Origin: Dictyostelium discoideum | Lineage: Eukaryota | Direction: 5' to 3' | Assembly: GCA_000004695.1 (NCBI GenBank) | Contig: CM000151.3 | Coordinates: forward strand, 6,912,001-6,976,000 | Length of the DNA stretch: 64,000 nt | Shown: positions 22,287-35,183 of the stretch, piece after piece | Layout of the letters: every line of letters starts with the position of its first letter | How positions within the stretch are numbered: position 1 is the first letter of the stretch | Program-made: the position numbers and the translations under genes | Notes under the pieces: model-generated | Told to the model about the DNA's origin: nothing | What the model saw: the letters and a program-made list of their open reading frames with translations, nothing else | Database searches by the model: none

Positions 22287-22738
22287 TTTATTTTAATTAT
22301 TATTTATAGGAAAAAAAAATAGTTTGGAAAATTTATTTTAAATTTATTTATTTTTATTTATTGGAAAATTTTTATATAATATATTTAATTATTTTATTTT
22401 TATTTGTATTCAATTGTAAAATTATTTTAATGATTAAAAAAAAAAAAAAAAAAAAATATTTAAAGAAAAAATAAATCTTTTGATAGAAAATAAAAGGAAA
22501 GCGAAAATTTAATTAACCTTTTTTTATTTTTTTTTATTTTTTTTGTAAATCAAGAGAACGGAATGTCAATTTTAATTTTTTTGAAAAGGCATTAATTATA
22601 AAAAGGTACAAAAGAAAATTCAACCAATAAGGTCTGAAATTCTTGAGCCTGCTTCGCCCAAGGTTGCGAAAAAAAAAAAATATAAAAAGAACCACTGACA
22701 TCATAAAAATCTTTTGATTTTTTTTCCAATTTATTTTT

Positions 22739-22777
<39 letters not shown>

Positions 22778-22844
22778 CTGGGAGAATGGTTAAAATAAGT
22801 TTGAAAAAATTAAATAAAACAAAGGGGTATTATTTTTTATTTTA

Positions 22845-22879
<35 letters not shown>

Positions 22880-23161
22880 CCCCAATTTTTGATCATTTAA
22901 AAAAAAAAGTTATTTATATTTATTTTTATTTTTATTTTTATTTTTAATTTTTTTTTTTTTTTTTTTTAAATGTTTTGAATAATTTTTTATTGATATAATT
23001 TCCCACACAAAAAATGTATATTAATGATTTAAAAAATCAATTCTATTTTAATTTTTTTTTTTTTTTTTTTTTTTTAATTTTTTTTTTTTTTTTATTTATT
23101 CAACCTTAAATAAATTTTTTATAGATATAAAAAAAGCTATAAAATTTTTAAATAAAATAAA

Positions 23162-24262
23162 ATGAAAAAATTAAAAATATTGATTTTAATTTTTAATTTA
23201 TTAATTTTATCAATAAATTGTATTCCAATAATGAATTGTAATGATTCAAAACAATGTAACAATTTAAAAAATTGTAAAAAATCTTTTATAGATATTTTCA
23301 CAAATTCACCATCACTATCATCATCATCACCATCATCATTACCACAATATATGAATAATAATAATAATTCTAATATTGGCAAAATGATAATTGACAAAGA
23401 AAAAAAAACAATAATTTTTCAAGCATCATATGATAATGAAAGTGTTTATAGAATTCTTTCAATTCCAACCAAGGGTGGTTCATCAACAATTAATAATGTT
23501 AATACAATCGCAAAATTATCAAAAAATATAACAAATAATTTTTTTATTTCATATAAAAATCAAAATGAATTTTTTATTTACTATGAAAATTGTTTAAAAA
23601 AAGTTTCCAATTTTATTTTAGATTCAAATTGTTTTTATAGTAATAATAATAATAATATTACAGATAATAATAATGATATATATTCAATTACATTTGATGA
23701 TCAAGGAATATTTGGATACTATTATTCACCAATATATTCATCAATTATTCAATACCCAACAAATAAAATTCTTTATAAAGGTGGTAATGGTACAAACCAA
23801 ATTAGAATTTTAGATAAATTAATATTTTTTAAAATTGGTCATAATATTTATTTTGGGGATTTAAATAATTTATTTATAAATTCTACAAATAATAATAATA
23901 ATATTACAAATAATTTTAATCAATCATCAATTAATAATAATAATAACATTAAAAATGTTTTACAATTACCAATTTTCTATTCAAATAAGAATATGTATGA
24001 ATTTGATATATCATCAAGTCATTTCTATTATAGTGATTGGTTTGAAAAAAGAATTTATAGATATCCAATTAGAAATGGTATAATTGATCAAACATTTAAA
24101 CAAATGATATTTTATTATCTACCAATTTCATTTCATTATTTTAATAATTATTTATATCTTTCATTTCCAAATATTTATTCAATTAATTTAAATTCAAAAA
24201 ATGTAGAATTTCAGTTAACTGACCATTTTATTCAATCAAATTATTATTGTATAGATAAATAA
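23162..24262 (+). CDS. Hypothetical Asn-rich protein of 366 aa with a signal-peptide-like N-terminus.
   Basis: MKKLKILILIFNLLILSINCIPIMNCNDSKQCNNLKNCKK.... It is a single ORF with AT-rich codon usage typical of the genome and no recognised domain. Confidence 0.5.
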   Translation: MKKLKILILIFNLLILSINCIPIMNCNDSKQCNNLKNCKKSFIDIFTNSPSLSSSSPSSLPQYMNNNNNSNIGKMIIDKEKKTIIFQASYDNESVYRILSIPTKGGSSTINNVNTIAKLSKNITNNFFISYKNQNEFFIYYENCLKKVSNFILDSNCFYSNNNNNITDNNNDIYSITFDDQGIFGYYYSPIYSSIIQYPTNKILYKGGNGTNQIRILDKLIFFKIGHNIYFGDLNNLFINSTNNNNNITNNFNQSSINNNNNIKNVLQLPIFYSNKNMYEFDISSSHFYYSDWFEKRIYRYPIRNGIIDQTFKQMIFYYLPISFHYFNNYLYLSFPNIYSINLNSKNVEFQLTDHFIQSNYYCIDK

Positions 24263-24607
24263 TTTTAATAAAAAAAAAAAATAAAAAATAAAAAAAAAAT
24301 AAAGATAAAAGATAAATTTTTTAAAAATAATAAACAAGGTTTTTTTTTCTTTTTATAAATTTTTTTTTTTATTTAAATGAGATTAGAAAAATCAAAATAT
24401 GTTTTTTTTTTTTTATAAATCATTTTTGTTTTTGTATTTGTTTTTGTTGTTTTTTTTTTTTTTTTTTTTTTCTGTAAGAAAAAATTTAAATTTGTATTAT
24501 TTGTATTATTATTATTATTTTTTTTTTTTTATATATTGTATATTATTTTATTATTGAAAAAAAAAAAAAAAATGATTATTATTATTTATTTATTTATTTA
24601 TTTATTA

Positions 24608-26022
24608 TTAATTAGTAGTTTGAGGAATTGAATTATCAACTGGAATTGAATTTTCAATTTTAGCAGAAGAATCAACTTTTGAAAGGTTTGGAGTTGAAGA
24701 TTCAACGGGTTTTTTAAAAATATAATCTGGTTTTACACAATCAGCAGGAAGATTTGGATTATGAATGAAATAGTGTGGTTTATGAATGAAATTTGGATCC
24801 TTTGCCAAATTTACTTTTGCTTTCTTTCTTTGAAGATCTTCGATTCTTTGTTTTTCAAGACCAGCCTTTCTACTATCTTTCTTTGCGAAACCCTCAGCAA
24901 CACCTTTCCAAACCTTTTGAGAAGCATTCTCTTTTAATTGTTCCATTGGTTCCTCGATGACTGGTTCAGAACGCATGGTATTGTAATTTATAAAGACACC
25001 AGATGTTTTATCTTTGAGATTAGTGATGGTAAGTATATCAACATGAGTACCATGAATATCATAGATTGGTTCGGTACCTTTGCTAACTATGATTTGAAGA
25101 TCGTGCCATTTGCCACCAATGATTGGTTTGTCCTTGAAATTGATGACTGCGCTATAGCCAGTTTCTGGACAAACAAAATTATATTTACCAGTGAATTCAA
25201 ATTTCCATCTCAAAAGACGAAGATAACCCTCTGTGAATTTATCGTTGAAATAGGTCTCGGTGACACCACCCTCTCTCTCCAATGTGATACAAGTCTTTAC
25301 ATCCATATTGACACGAATACATTTACCCTTGAATACTGGTGTGATTTGTTGTTTTGAATCAAATTTGATCTTATGTTTATCATTGTAAAAGTTAAAACAT
25401 GAAATTGGTGGATGATGTGAAATTTGTTCGGCTGTGAAATGTGTAATATCACCTTGAATCACCTCATTGGTCTTCTCATCTGTATGTTGAACTTGACATT
25501 CATAAACTTCTCCTAAAATTGGATTCAATGGATTCTTTGGGAAATACATCTTTGGCCATGTTAAATGATATTTTAAAACTTGTAAAAATCTTTGATCATC
25601 TTCTTTAATATATGGTGCACTATTTAAAATTTTAAAATTTTAAAAAATTAATATAAAATGAAAAAAATAAAAAAATAAAAAAAAATAAAAAAGTAATATA
25701 TATATATAAATTACCTTGTTAATAAATGTGAAAAAATTGCTGATTGTTGTTGAATTGCTGTTAAGAAACTAATTGGTTGTACAAATGTTGCTGGAATTGG
25801 TAATTTAGTCATATCTGCACCAACTTTAAGATGATTCTTAATGAATCCAAATGCTTGTTTCATAACACCTGCCTCTGTGGCTGGTTCAGAATCAATCATT
25901 GCATCAGCTCCACTATTTTCAGTTTGATCAACTCCTTCAGCTTCAACGCCATCACTTGAAAGATCACTAACACTATCTTCTGTTAATGGTGCTTCTTTAT
26001 TGCTTGCTACTTTTGCTGACAT
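24608..26022 (-). CDS. Oxysterol-binding protein (OSBP/ORP) family member, short form of about 440 aa in 2 exons.
   Basis: Exon 1 is 25715-26022 (MSAKVASNKEAPLTEDS...SAIFSHLLT) with donor GTAATT. The intron is 25620-25714 with acceptor AAATAG. Exon 2 is 24608-25619 (S APYIKEDDQRFLQVLKYHLTWPKMYFPK...). It has the OSBP fingerprint EQISHHPPIS. Confidence 0.85.
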
Positions 26023-28228
26023 TCTTTTTTGGTTCTTTTTTGATGATTATAAAAAAAGTTTATGGTTTTTTTTTTTTTTAAATATTAATGATTATAAAAA
26101 ATTGGTATTGATGTTTGAGAAAAAAAAAAATTATTGTTGGATTTTTTTTTTTTTTTTTTTTTTTTAGATTGTTGAGAAAATATGATACAGTGATGTTATT
26201 AAAGGTTTTTTTTTTTTGGTTTTTTTGATTTTTTTTTTTTTTTTTTTTTTGCTATAAGTTTATTCTATATTATACTATAGGTTGTAAAATATTTTTGTTA
26301 TTGCCAAAAAGAAGGAAAAAAAAAAAAAATTATTATTATAATAATAATTTTAATGTTAATATTTTATTTATTATTATTATTATTTTTTTTTTTTATCGAC
26401 TGGTGTTTTAACAAATTTAAAAAAAAAAAAAAATTGAAAAAAAAAAAAAATTTTAAAAAAAAGGTTGTATGCAAATTTTGAAAATAAAAAAAAAATTAAA
26501 AATTAAAAAAAAATTAAAAAAAAAAAAAATTTTTTGTGATTGAACGAGTGAGTGGAATAGATGATAAATATGTTGTTGTTTATATTTTATATTTACATGT
26601 ATATTTATTATATAATAAATTTAATTATATTTAAAGATATAATATATATTTTTTTTTTGTGTCTTTTAAAAATTTGAATAAGGTTTTTTTTTTTTTTTTT
26701 TTTTTTTTTACAGAATTTATTTTATTTTTTTAAAAAAAAATTATTTATATTGATATATTAATTAAAAAAAGTAAGATGATAATTATTTATAATTTTTTTT
26801 TTTTTTTTTTTATAAATAGAAAAATTATTTAAAAAAAAAAAAAAAGAAAATTATTAAAAATAAAAAAAAATTAAAAATAAAATAATTTTATTTTAAAATT
26901 AATTATTTGTGTAATATTGAAATGGTTGTTGTGTGAGTGGTGGTTTTTAATTTAATTATTATGGATAAAAAAAAAAATATTATTTGACTTTAATTTTTAA
27001 AAATTATAAAAAATAATTCTCACTATGTGGTGGAAAAATTATTTGAATTTAACATATGTTTATATGATTTTTAATAAAGGTGGTGTGAGAGAGGAATTAA
27101 TAGAAGGGGGGGTTAAGTTGGTGAATTAAAATAAAAAAAATAAAAAAAATTTAAATAAAATAAATAAATAAATAAAATATTATCTTAAAGGTTATTTTTA
27201 ATGTTTTATTGTTATTTTTTTTTTTTTTCAAAAGTGACAGTATTGGTAAATAAATTTATTTATTATTTTTTTTTTTTTTTTTTTAGTGTGAGTGTGGTTG
27301 GTAATGGAATGAATAGGTAGGATATTCTCCGATATTTATTTTGATATTTTTATTAATATCAATTTTGTAAACTATATGGTGCACACTTTATTTTTTTATT
27401 TTATTTTTAATTGAAAATGATGGTGATAACTATAAAAAAAAAAAAAAAAAAAAAGAAAAAAAAGAACAAATTTATAATAAATTGTGTTCATATAATAAAT
27501 ACGGGAGAAAAACAAATATTTATTTACTCTAAAAACTATGGGTTATAATAAATTTTATTTTTATTTTAAAAATGGTAGTAAATTTCTTTTGTTATATTTA
27601 AATATTTTAAATTTTATAAAAAAAAAAAAAAATAAAATAATAAAAAAAAAATTATTTTATACACTTTTTTTTTTTTTTAATAGAAAAAGTTAAACAAAAA
27701 AAAATAAAAATAAAAATAAAATATTTTTAATAAAAAAAAAAATAAGAGAAAAGCTATTTTTAATTTTTTTATTTTTATTTTTATTTTATTTTTTTTTTTT
27801 TTGTTTTTGTTTTTACGATGAATTATGATGTGGGGTGGTATGAGGCTTATATCTCTTTGGAAATCCAAAATACCAAAGTTTTTTTTTTTTTATTTTTTTT
27901 TTTTTATTTATTGTGCTTTTATTTTAAAGTAAATGAAAATATAATAAAACAACATAACAATAAAAGGGGTACCTTAAGTTATAACAAATTTGATATTACC
28001 AGTGAATTTATTTTTATTTTTTTATTTTTATTTTTTTTTATTTTTTTTTTTTTTTTTTATACTAGTGCGTTTTGAGTGGTTTTTTTTTTTTAATTATTTT
28101 TTTAATTATTTTATTTTATTTTTATTTTTATTTTTTTTCTTTTTTTATTTTAAAACTTTTATAATAATTATTATAAATAAACTAATTTTGACTTTTTGAT
28201 TGTGTGAAAAAAGGATTTTTTTTTTTTT

Positions 28229-28268
<40 letters not shown>

Positions 28269-28485
28269 AAAATGGTTTTTACACAAAAATGAAACAAGGT
28301 TGTATAGTATTATAATATTATAATTATCAAGTGACATCAATATGGTTTTTTTTTTTATTTATTTTAATTTGTTTGGTTATTACTTACATACAAAAAATAT
28401 GAATATTTAATAACCTTATATAACTATTTAAAATTACAAACAGTTGGTGATGATGTATTATTAATATGAAAATATTGTATTTTAC

Positions 28486-28536
<51 letters not shown>

Positions 28537-29451
28537 GTTGTTGTGTTTCCCAATAATTTTTAGAAAAAAAAAAAAAAAAAAATATAAAAAAAATAAAATA
28601 TTTTAAAAATTAAAAAAAAATCAAAAAAATACAAAAACGTTTAAAAAAATATCCAGTATGATTGGGGAACTGAAAAAAAAAAAAAAAAAAAAAAAAGTTT
28701 AGAAAAAAAGTTTTTTTTTTTATTTTCTTTAACACAAAACTTTTTTTTAATTTTTTTTTTTTTTTAGAGTCAATGACTGGGAGAATTAATTCGATAACAT
28801 GCACATTCAAACATCCCAATCTAAGATAAAAAAAAATAATTTTTTAAAAAATTTTATTATTATTATTTTCTTTTTTTTTTTTTTTTTTTATAGAAAAAAA
28901 TAAAAATTTTGGTTAAAAAAAAAAAAAAAAAAATTTGTAAAAACAAAAAAATCCAATTTTAACAGGTCTGAAATAAAACAACACCCTGATTAGTAATTTT
29001 TTTTTTTTTTTTTTTTTTTTTTGTGGAATGAAATAGTGAAAAAAAAAAAAGACTATGGTGCACTGATAAGTTTTTTTATTTTTTTTATTTTTTTTTGAAC
29101 ACCATTATTTGGTTTATTTTCTAACTTACACCAAAATTTTATTTTTTTATTTTATTTTATTTTTTATTTTATTTTTTTTTTCATTTTATTTTTCATTTTA
29201 TTTTTATTTTCAATGAAAATATTTAACCGAAAGTTGGTAACCTTTTTAAATGATAAAAATAATAAAAAAAAAATGAAAAAAATTAAAAAAATAAACACAA
29301 AAACAAATTGTTAAATTATATATTAAAGAGAGATGTTAATTTATTTTTAATTTATTTTTGGTTGAAGATTTTAATGTGTTACTATTATCTTGATTATTTA
29401 TTCCAATTCAAAAAAAAAAAGATTATTTAAATGAACAACCTTTCCATTCTT

Positions 29452-29586
29452 TTAACATTGATTGCTTTTTCTACACTCTTTTTTAATACTGGGGAAATTT
29501 TCGAGGTCTCCAGTTAAATCTTCAAATAATCCTCTGTTAAAACCAAACTTCTTTGAGATATCATAATATTTTTGGTTCTCACACAT
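29452..29586 (-). CDS. Candidate small protein gene, 44 aa: MCENQKYYDISKKFGFNRGLFEDLTGDLENFPSIKKECRKSNQC*.
   Basis: An isolated island of lower A+T inside an AT desert, with an A-rich Kozak-like context (aatcaacATG) and no homopolymer-driven codons. No homology recognised. Confidence 0.2.
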   Translation of the reverse strand: MCENQKYYDISKKFGFNRGLFEDLTGDLENFPSIKKECRKSNQC

Positions 29587-29682
29587 GTTGATTCTTTTTT
29601 GGAAAAAATAAAAAAACAAATATTTTAAGGGTGTAATGGTGATTATTTTTTATTTTATTTTTTATGGAACTTGTCAAATATT

Positions 29683-29724
<42 letters not shown>

Positions 29725-29794
29725 CAATTAAAAATCCAACCCGCAACCAATTTTTATTTTTAATTAAAATTCCAAAAAAATTTTTTATTTTTTG

Positions 29795-29825
<31 letters not shown>

Positions 29826-30232
29826 CCAGTTTTGAAAATAAATAAAATGGTAAAATGGAATATTTGGGCCTTTTCCATTAAAAATGGTGTTGCGAGTAAA
29901 AATGATCCATTATTATTATTATTTTTATTACAATTTTTATTATTGTTTTTATTATTTTTATTATTAGGTTTTTAACCGGTCCAATATTATGAAAAATTAA
30001 AAAATTTTAAAAAAAAAAAAAAAAAATAAGAACTTTGTTGGCCATTTATTGATATTTAATGGAGATAGGCTCCGAGGTTCTATTTTTTTTTTTTCTTTTT
30101 TTAAATTTTTTTTTTTTTTTTTATCTTAGAAAAATAATAATAAAATTAAATGAATTTTGGAAGTCAAATTTTTTAACCATAAGACCAAAAAAGGTTTTTT
30201 TAATTTTTTTTTTTTCGCAAAATCAAATAACA

Positions 30233-30275
<43 letters not shown>

Positions 30276-30424
30276 CGCAAATTCAAAACAAACCATTTTA
30301 AGCTTATTGATATTAGTTTATATATATATTATTTTTTTTTCAATTATTATTATTATTTTTTTTTTTACCCATTATTTCATCCAATAATAAATTATGATAA
30401 ACTATCGTGGTAACCTATTGAAAT

Positions 30425-30459
<35 letters not shown>

Positions 30460-30805
30460 GATTTTTTTTTTTTTAATTTTAAAATTTTTTTTTTAATTTT
30501 TTTTTTTTTTTCAGTTGGACCATTAATATTTTTTTTTTTTTTTTAAATTTTTCCATTCTTATTTATTAATGGGCCTATTTTTAAAAAAAAATAAAAAAAA
30601 AAAAAATAAAAAATAAAAAATAATAAACAAAAAAATCAAATCTTATTTAAAAAATCATTTTGTATTATTGGAAAATCAACATTAAAAAAAATTTAAAATT
30701 AAAAACAAAATTAAATTAAAAAACCAACAGCCACACAACAATTATTTTTTTCACGATAAAATAGACAAATCTAATAATTGCTTACAAAAATCAATTTTCT
30801 AGAAA

Positions 30806-33800
30806 ATGTCTAAGAAAGAACCTGAAGAAATAAAGAAAAATGTTACAGTTGGTAACTATGTAAGTTTATTTATTTATTATTATAATTGTTTTTTTTTATT
30901 TTTTTTTTTTTTATCATTTTTTATACATGACCCAAACCGTTATATTGATGATATTTTTATTTTTTACAACACAACAAAAAAAAAAAAAAAAAAAAAAACC
31001 AAAAAAAAAAAAAAAAAAATATTTTGAAAAACTTTTTGTTTTGAAAATAAAAATAATATAGAATTTAGGTGTTGTTATTGGTAAAGGTGGTTTTGGTACA
31101 GTATATCAAGGATTAGATATTGAAGATGGTGATTTTGTAGCAATTAAACAAATTAATCTTACAAAGATTCCAAAAGATCAATTACAAGGTATTATGAATG
31201 AAATCGATCTTTTAAAGAATCTTAATCATGCAAACATTGTAAAATATATTAAATACGTAAAGACAAAAGATAATCTTTATATTGTTTTAGAGTAAATTAT
31301 CAAATTTTTTATTTTTTATTTTTTATTTTATTTTATATCACCCAATCAATTCTAATTTTCACACATTTATTTTTAAAATAGGTATGTTGAAAATGGTTCA
31401 TTATCAGGTATTATTAAAAAGTTTGGTAAATTTCCAGAAACATTGGTTTGTGTTTATATTAGACAAGTTTTAGAAGGTTTAGTTTATCTTCATGAACAGG
31501 GTGTGGTACATAGAGATATTAAAGGTGCAAATATTTTAACAACCAAAGAGGGTAAAATTAAATTAGCAGGTAAGTTTTATTAATTTTCTATTTTATAAAC
31601 TTTTTCAAAAAAAAAGTAAAAAATAAAAAAAAAAAAAGAAATTATATTAACATTTCTTTTTTTTTATTTTTTTTATTTTTTTTTTTTTTAAATTATTTTA
31701 GATTTTGGTGTTGCAACTAAATTTGATGATACAAGTGCAGCAGCAGTAGTTGGTACACCATATTGGATGGCACCAGAGATTATAGAGTTAAATGGTGCAA
31801 CGACGAAATCAGATATTTGGAGTGTTGGATGTACAGTTATAGAGTTATTAACAGGATCACCACCATATTATGATTTAGGACAAATGCCAGCACTTTTTCG
31901 TATTGTACAAGATGATTGTCCACCATTACCTGAGGGTATTTCACCACCATTAAAGGATTGGTTAATGCAATGTTTTCAAAAGGATCCAAATTTACGTATT
32001 TCAGCACAAAAACTATTAAAACATAAATGGATTCAAGCAAGTATAAAGAAAAAACCAGTTGAAAATGGTGCAGGTGGTGTTGGAAATGGTACAGATTCAT
32101 TGGGTGCACCTGCAAACATTGATGATATAGCAAAGAATATTACAGATTACAATGAACGTATTAATAAAAAACCATCACATCAAAGAAAACCTTCAATTCA
32201 TCCAAAATCACCAAAAGGTAAAGTATTTTTACCACCACCTGAAGAAGAAGAAGATGAATGGGGTGATGATTTTAGTAATACTCCAAAATCAATTAAATTA
32301 CCTGATAAAAAATCACCATTAAAATTAACAAATAATAAACCTTCAACACCATTAAAACAACAACCAACAAATAATACACCAGTACAACAACAACAACAAC
32401 AACAACAACCACCACCACTTAAATTAGCAGTACCAAAACAACCAGTTATTGAAAATGATGATGATTGGGGTGATGATTTTAATACAGTTTCAGATTTATC
32501 AAAAGCAGTTGGTTCATTAAATTTCAATAATAATAAAAAGAATGAAACACCAAAACCAAATATAAAGAAACCAACATTTAGTGAGGATGAAGATGAAGAT
32601 GATGATGATGATGGATTTGGTAGTGGTGGTGATGATGAAGATGATGATTTTGGTGATATACCAACATCAATTAAATTAAATCCAAAATTCGGATCAAATA
32701 TAAAAGGAAATAGTAGTGGTAGTGCAAATACAACAAATTCATCATCAACTGTTGTACAACAACCAAAATTAACAGTATCTAATAATAACAATAATAATAA
32801 TAAGAAATTACCATTATCACCAAGACAACCATCATCAGGTAATGTTAAAGAGGGTATTAATCATGGTAGTACAGGTAGTAAGAGTGGTGGTGTAATTATT
32901 GATCAATGGGGAGAGGATGGTGAAGAAGATAATGATTGGGGAGATGTTGCAACAGTTAATTTTGATCCAAAAGTAATTAGAAAAGGTACAGTTAATAAAC
33001 CAGATCTTTCAACTAGATTAAAGAATAGAATTGCATTATCAGAGACAGCATTAAGTAATAGTTTTAATAATAATGGTAATGATGATGAGGATGAAGATAT
33101 TTTCGCCGATGATTTCGATGAAGATGATGATGAAGATTTCGATTTGGATAAGAATTTAATGAAGGATAACTATGCAAGAATGTCATCAGAGATTTTAAAA
33201 CTTATGAATCTATTAACACCAGAACAACCCGAAGAAGTGATCTCTAGTGCATGCACTCAATTGATTACAATGTTCAAAGAGAACTCTGAACAAAAGACCC
33301 TATTAATTCGACGTCATGGTGTTATTCCAATCATGGAGATGTTGGAGGTTTCAAATATTCAATCACATGTACTTTGCTCAATTCTAAAGGTTGTCAATCA
33401 AATTATCGATAACAATATGGAGATTCAAGAGAATCTATGTTTGGTTGGTGGTATTCCAGCGATTATGAAATTTTCAGGACCTGAATATCCAGCATCTGTT
33501 CGTTTGGAGACCGCTTCATTCATTAGTAAAATGTGTAGTACTTCAACATTGACATTGCAAATGTTTATTGCATGTAAAGGTTTACCCATTTTAGTGGACT
33601 TTTTATTATCACCATACGCCGAGAGTAAACGTTTGGTTTGGATGGCCGTCGATGCCATTGTAAATGTTTTCGAATTACAATCACCAACACCAAAGAATGA
33701 TTTTTGTCGTCTCTTTTCAAAATGTGGACTTTTAAAAACACTTCCAATCGTATTAAGAGATTCAATTGCAGATGGTGAAGCCGCTGCAACCTATCCCGAT

Positions 33801-34733
33801 AGAATCATAAATTTATTCATTATGTTTTCTGCAGCAGATTCCGTTGTTAGAAAGACAATGTCTGCCGTTGAGGTTATTCGTCCAATTTTAGATACACTCT
33901 CACAATTGATGCCAGAACAATTGGCAAAAGTATTGAAAAGTATTAAACAATTATCCATGGATCATAATACATTGGCCAATCTACAAAATGCAGGTGCCAT
34001 TCGTTTTATGGTACCATTTTTAGGTCGTCGTACTGGTGCATTTGTTGCAGAGATTCATAATCATGTTTTGAATACAATGTTCCATCTTTGTCGTATCGAT
34101 CCAGAGAGACAATATCAAGCTGCTATCGATGGTATCATACCACATCTTCAATACTTTATCACTAGTCATTCACCATTGAATCAATTTGCCTTACCAATCA
34201 TTTGTGATTTAGCTCATTCAAAGAAAGCAAGATCTGAACTTTGGAAAAATAATGGTGTCGCTTTCTATTTATCACTCTTGGAGGAACGTTATTGGCAAGT
34301 GAATGCTTTGGATTCTTTGGCAGTTTGGATCACTGATGAAACTCACAAGGTTGAGAATATCATTGCAACCAATGAAAACATAAAGAAATTGATTCAACTC
34401 TTTACCAATGCTGAATCTCAATCTTTTGCTGGTATCTTGGAGCCATTATTAAAGATTATTCAAATTTCAATACCTGTAAATATCCTCTTGGGAACTTCAA
34501 ATTTCATCACTAAAATCATCGATAAATTGGGTCATACTAATCCTCAAGTACGTTTGAACCTCTTGAAAATTATTACCTCCCTCTATGAATGTCATCCAAA
34601 TGCTAAAAAGATGATTCAAGAATTTAAACTCATTCCAATCATTCAAAAGATTGCAGATACCGATAAATCTGTTTTGGTTCAAAAAATGGCAAGCAAATTA
34701 CTTGAAGCCTTTAATGCTAATACTGTAATTTAA
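30806..34733 (+). CDS. sepA: Cdc7 (S. pombe) / Cdc15-type Ser/Thr protein kinase with a long C-terminal ARM/HEAT-like region. 1167 aa in 4 exons. Probably septase SepA.
   Basis: Exon 1 is 30806-30859 ([18 protein letters not shown]) with donor GTAAGT. Exon 2 is 31062-31291 ([33 protein letters not shown]...NLYIVL-E). Exon 3 is 31382-31569 (YVENGSLSG...[26 protein letters not shown]). Exon 4 is 31702-34733 (DFGVATKF...[12 protein letters not shown]...). Phases are 0, 2 and 1. The total is 3504 nt, or 1168 codons, which matches my memory of SepA length. The symbol confidence is lower than the call confidence. Confidence 0.8.
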
Positions 34734-35144
34734 AAATAAAATAAAATAAAAAAATAAAATAAAAAAAAAAAAAAATAAAATAATTATATATATATTTCCT
34801 AAATATTTTTTTTATTTTATTTTAATTTCCAAAAAAAAAAAAAAAATTAACTGAGTTTGGATGTAGTTGTTTCCTCTGAGGATAATTTATTACGTCGTAA
34901 GAAGTTTTTAATTTTAAATGTGGTGTAATAGGAAAGTAATTATTATTGTTATCATCATTTTTTAGATATCTACTTTTTAAATATGTTAAATAAATAATTC
35001 AAATAACAAAATTGTAGTTGGTTAGATGAATTGGTTAAAGGAGATAAGATTTGGAAGAGCTTATTCAGGAATACAAAAAACTTTGCAAAGTATTAGTTTT
35101 CTTGTTTTTATTATTTGTTTAATAGGAAGCGAGTAGGCGATATA

Positions 35145-35147
<3 letters not shown>

Positions 35148-35183
<36 letters not shown>

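Noticed and set aside
24938-25357. 139-aa plus-strand ORF inside the OSBP gene
   Set aside because: Antisense shadow of OSBP exon 2. The same applies to 31837-32133, 32198-32791, 33425-33789 and 34497-34682 (antisense to the kinase), 40159-40452 (antisense to CDC50 exons 1-2), 44300-44539 (antisense to rpL7), 48055-48276 (antisense to USP7), and 56014-56226, 56488-56985, 57270-57602, 60208-60414 and 61657-62163 (antisense or alternative frame of the CRIB-gelsolin gene).
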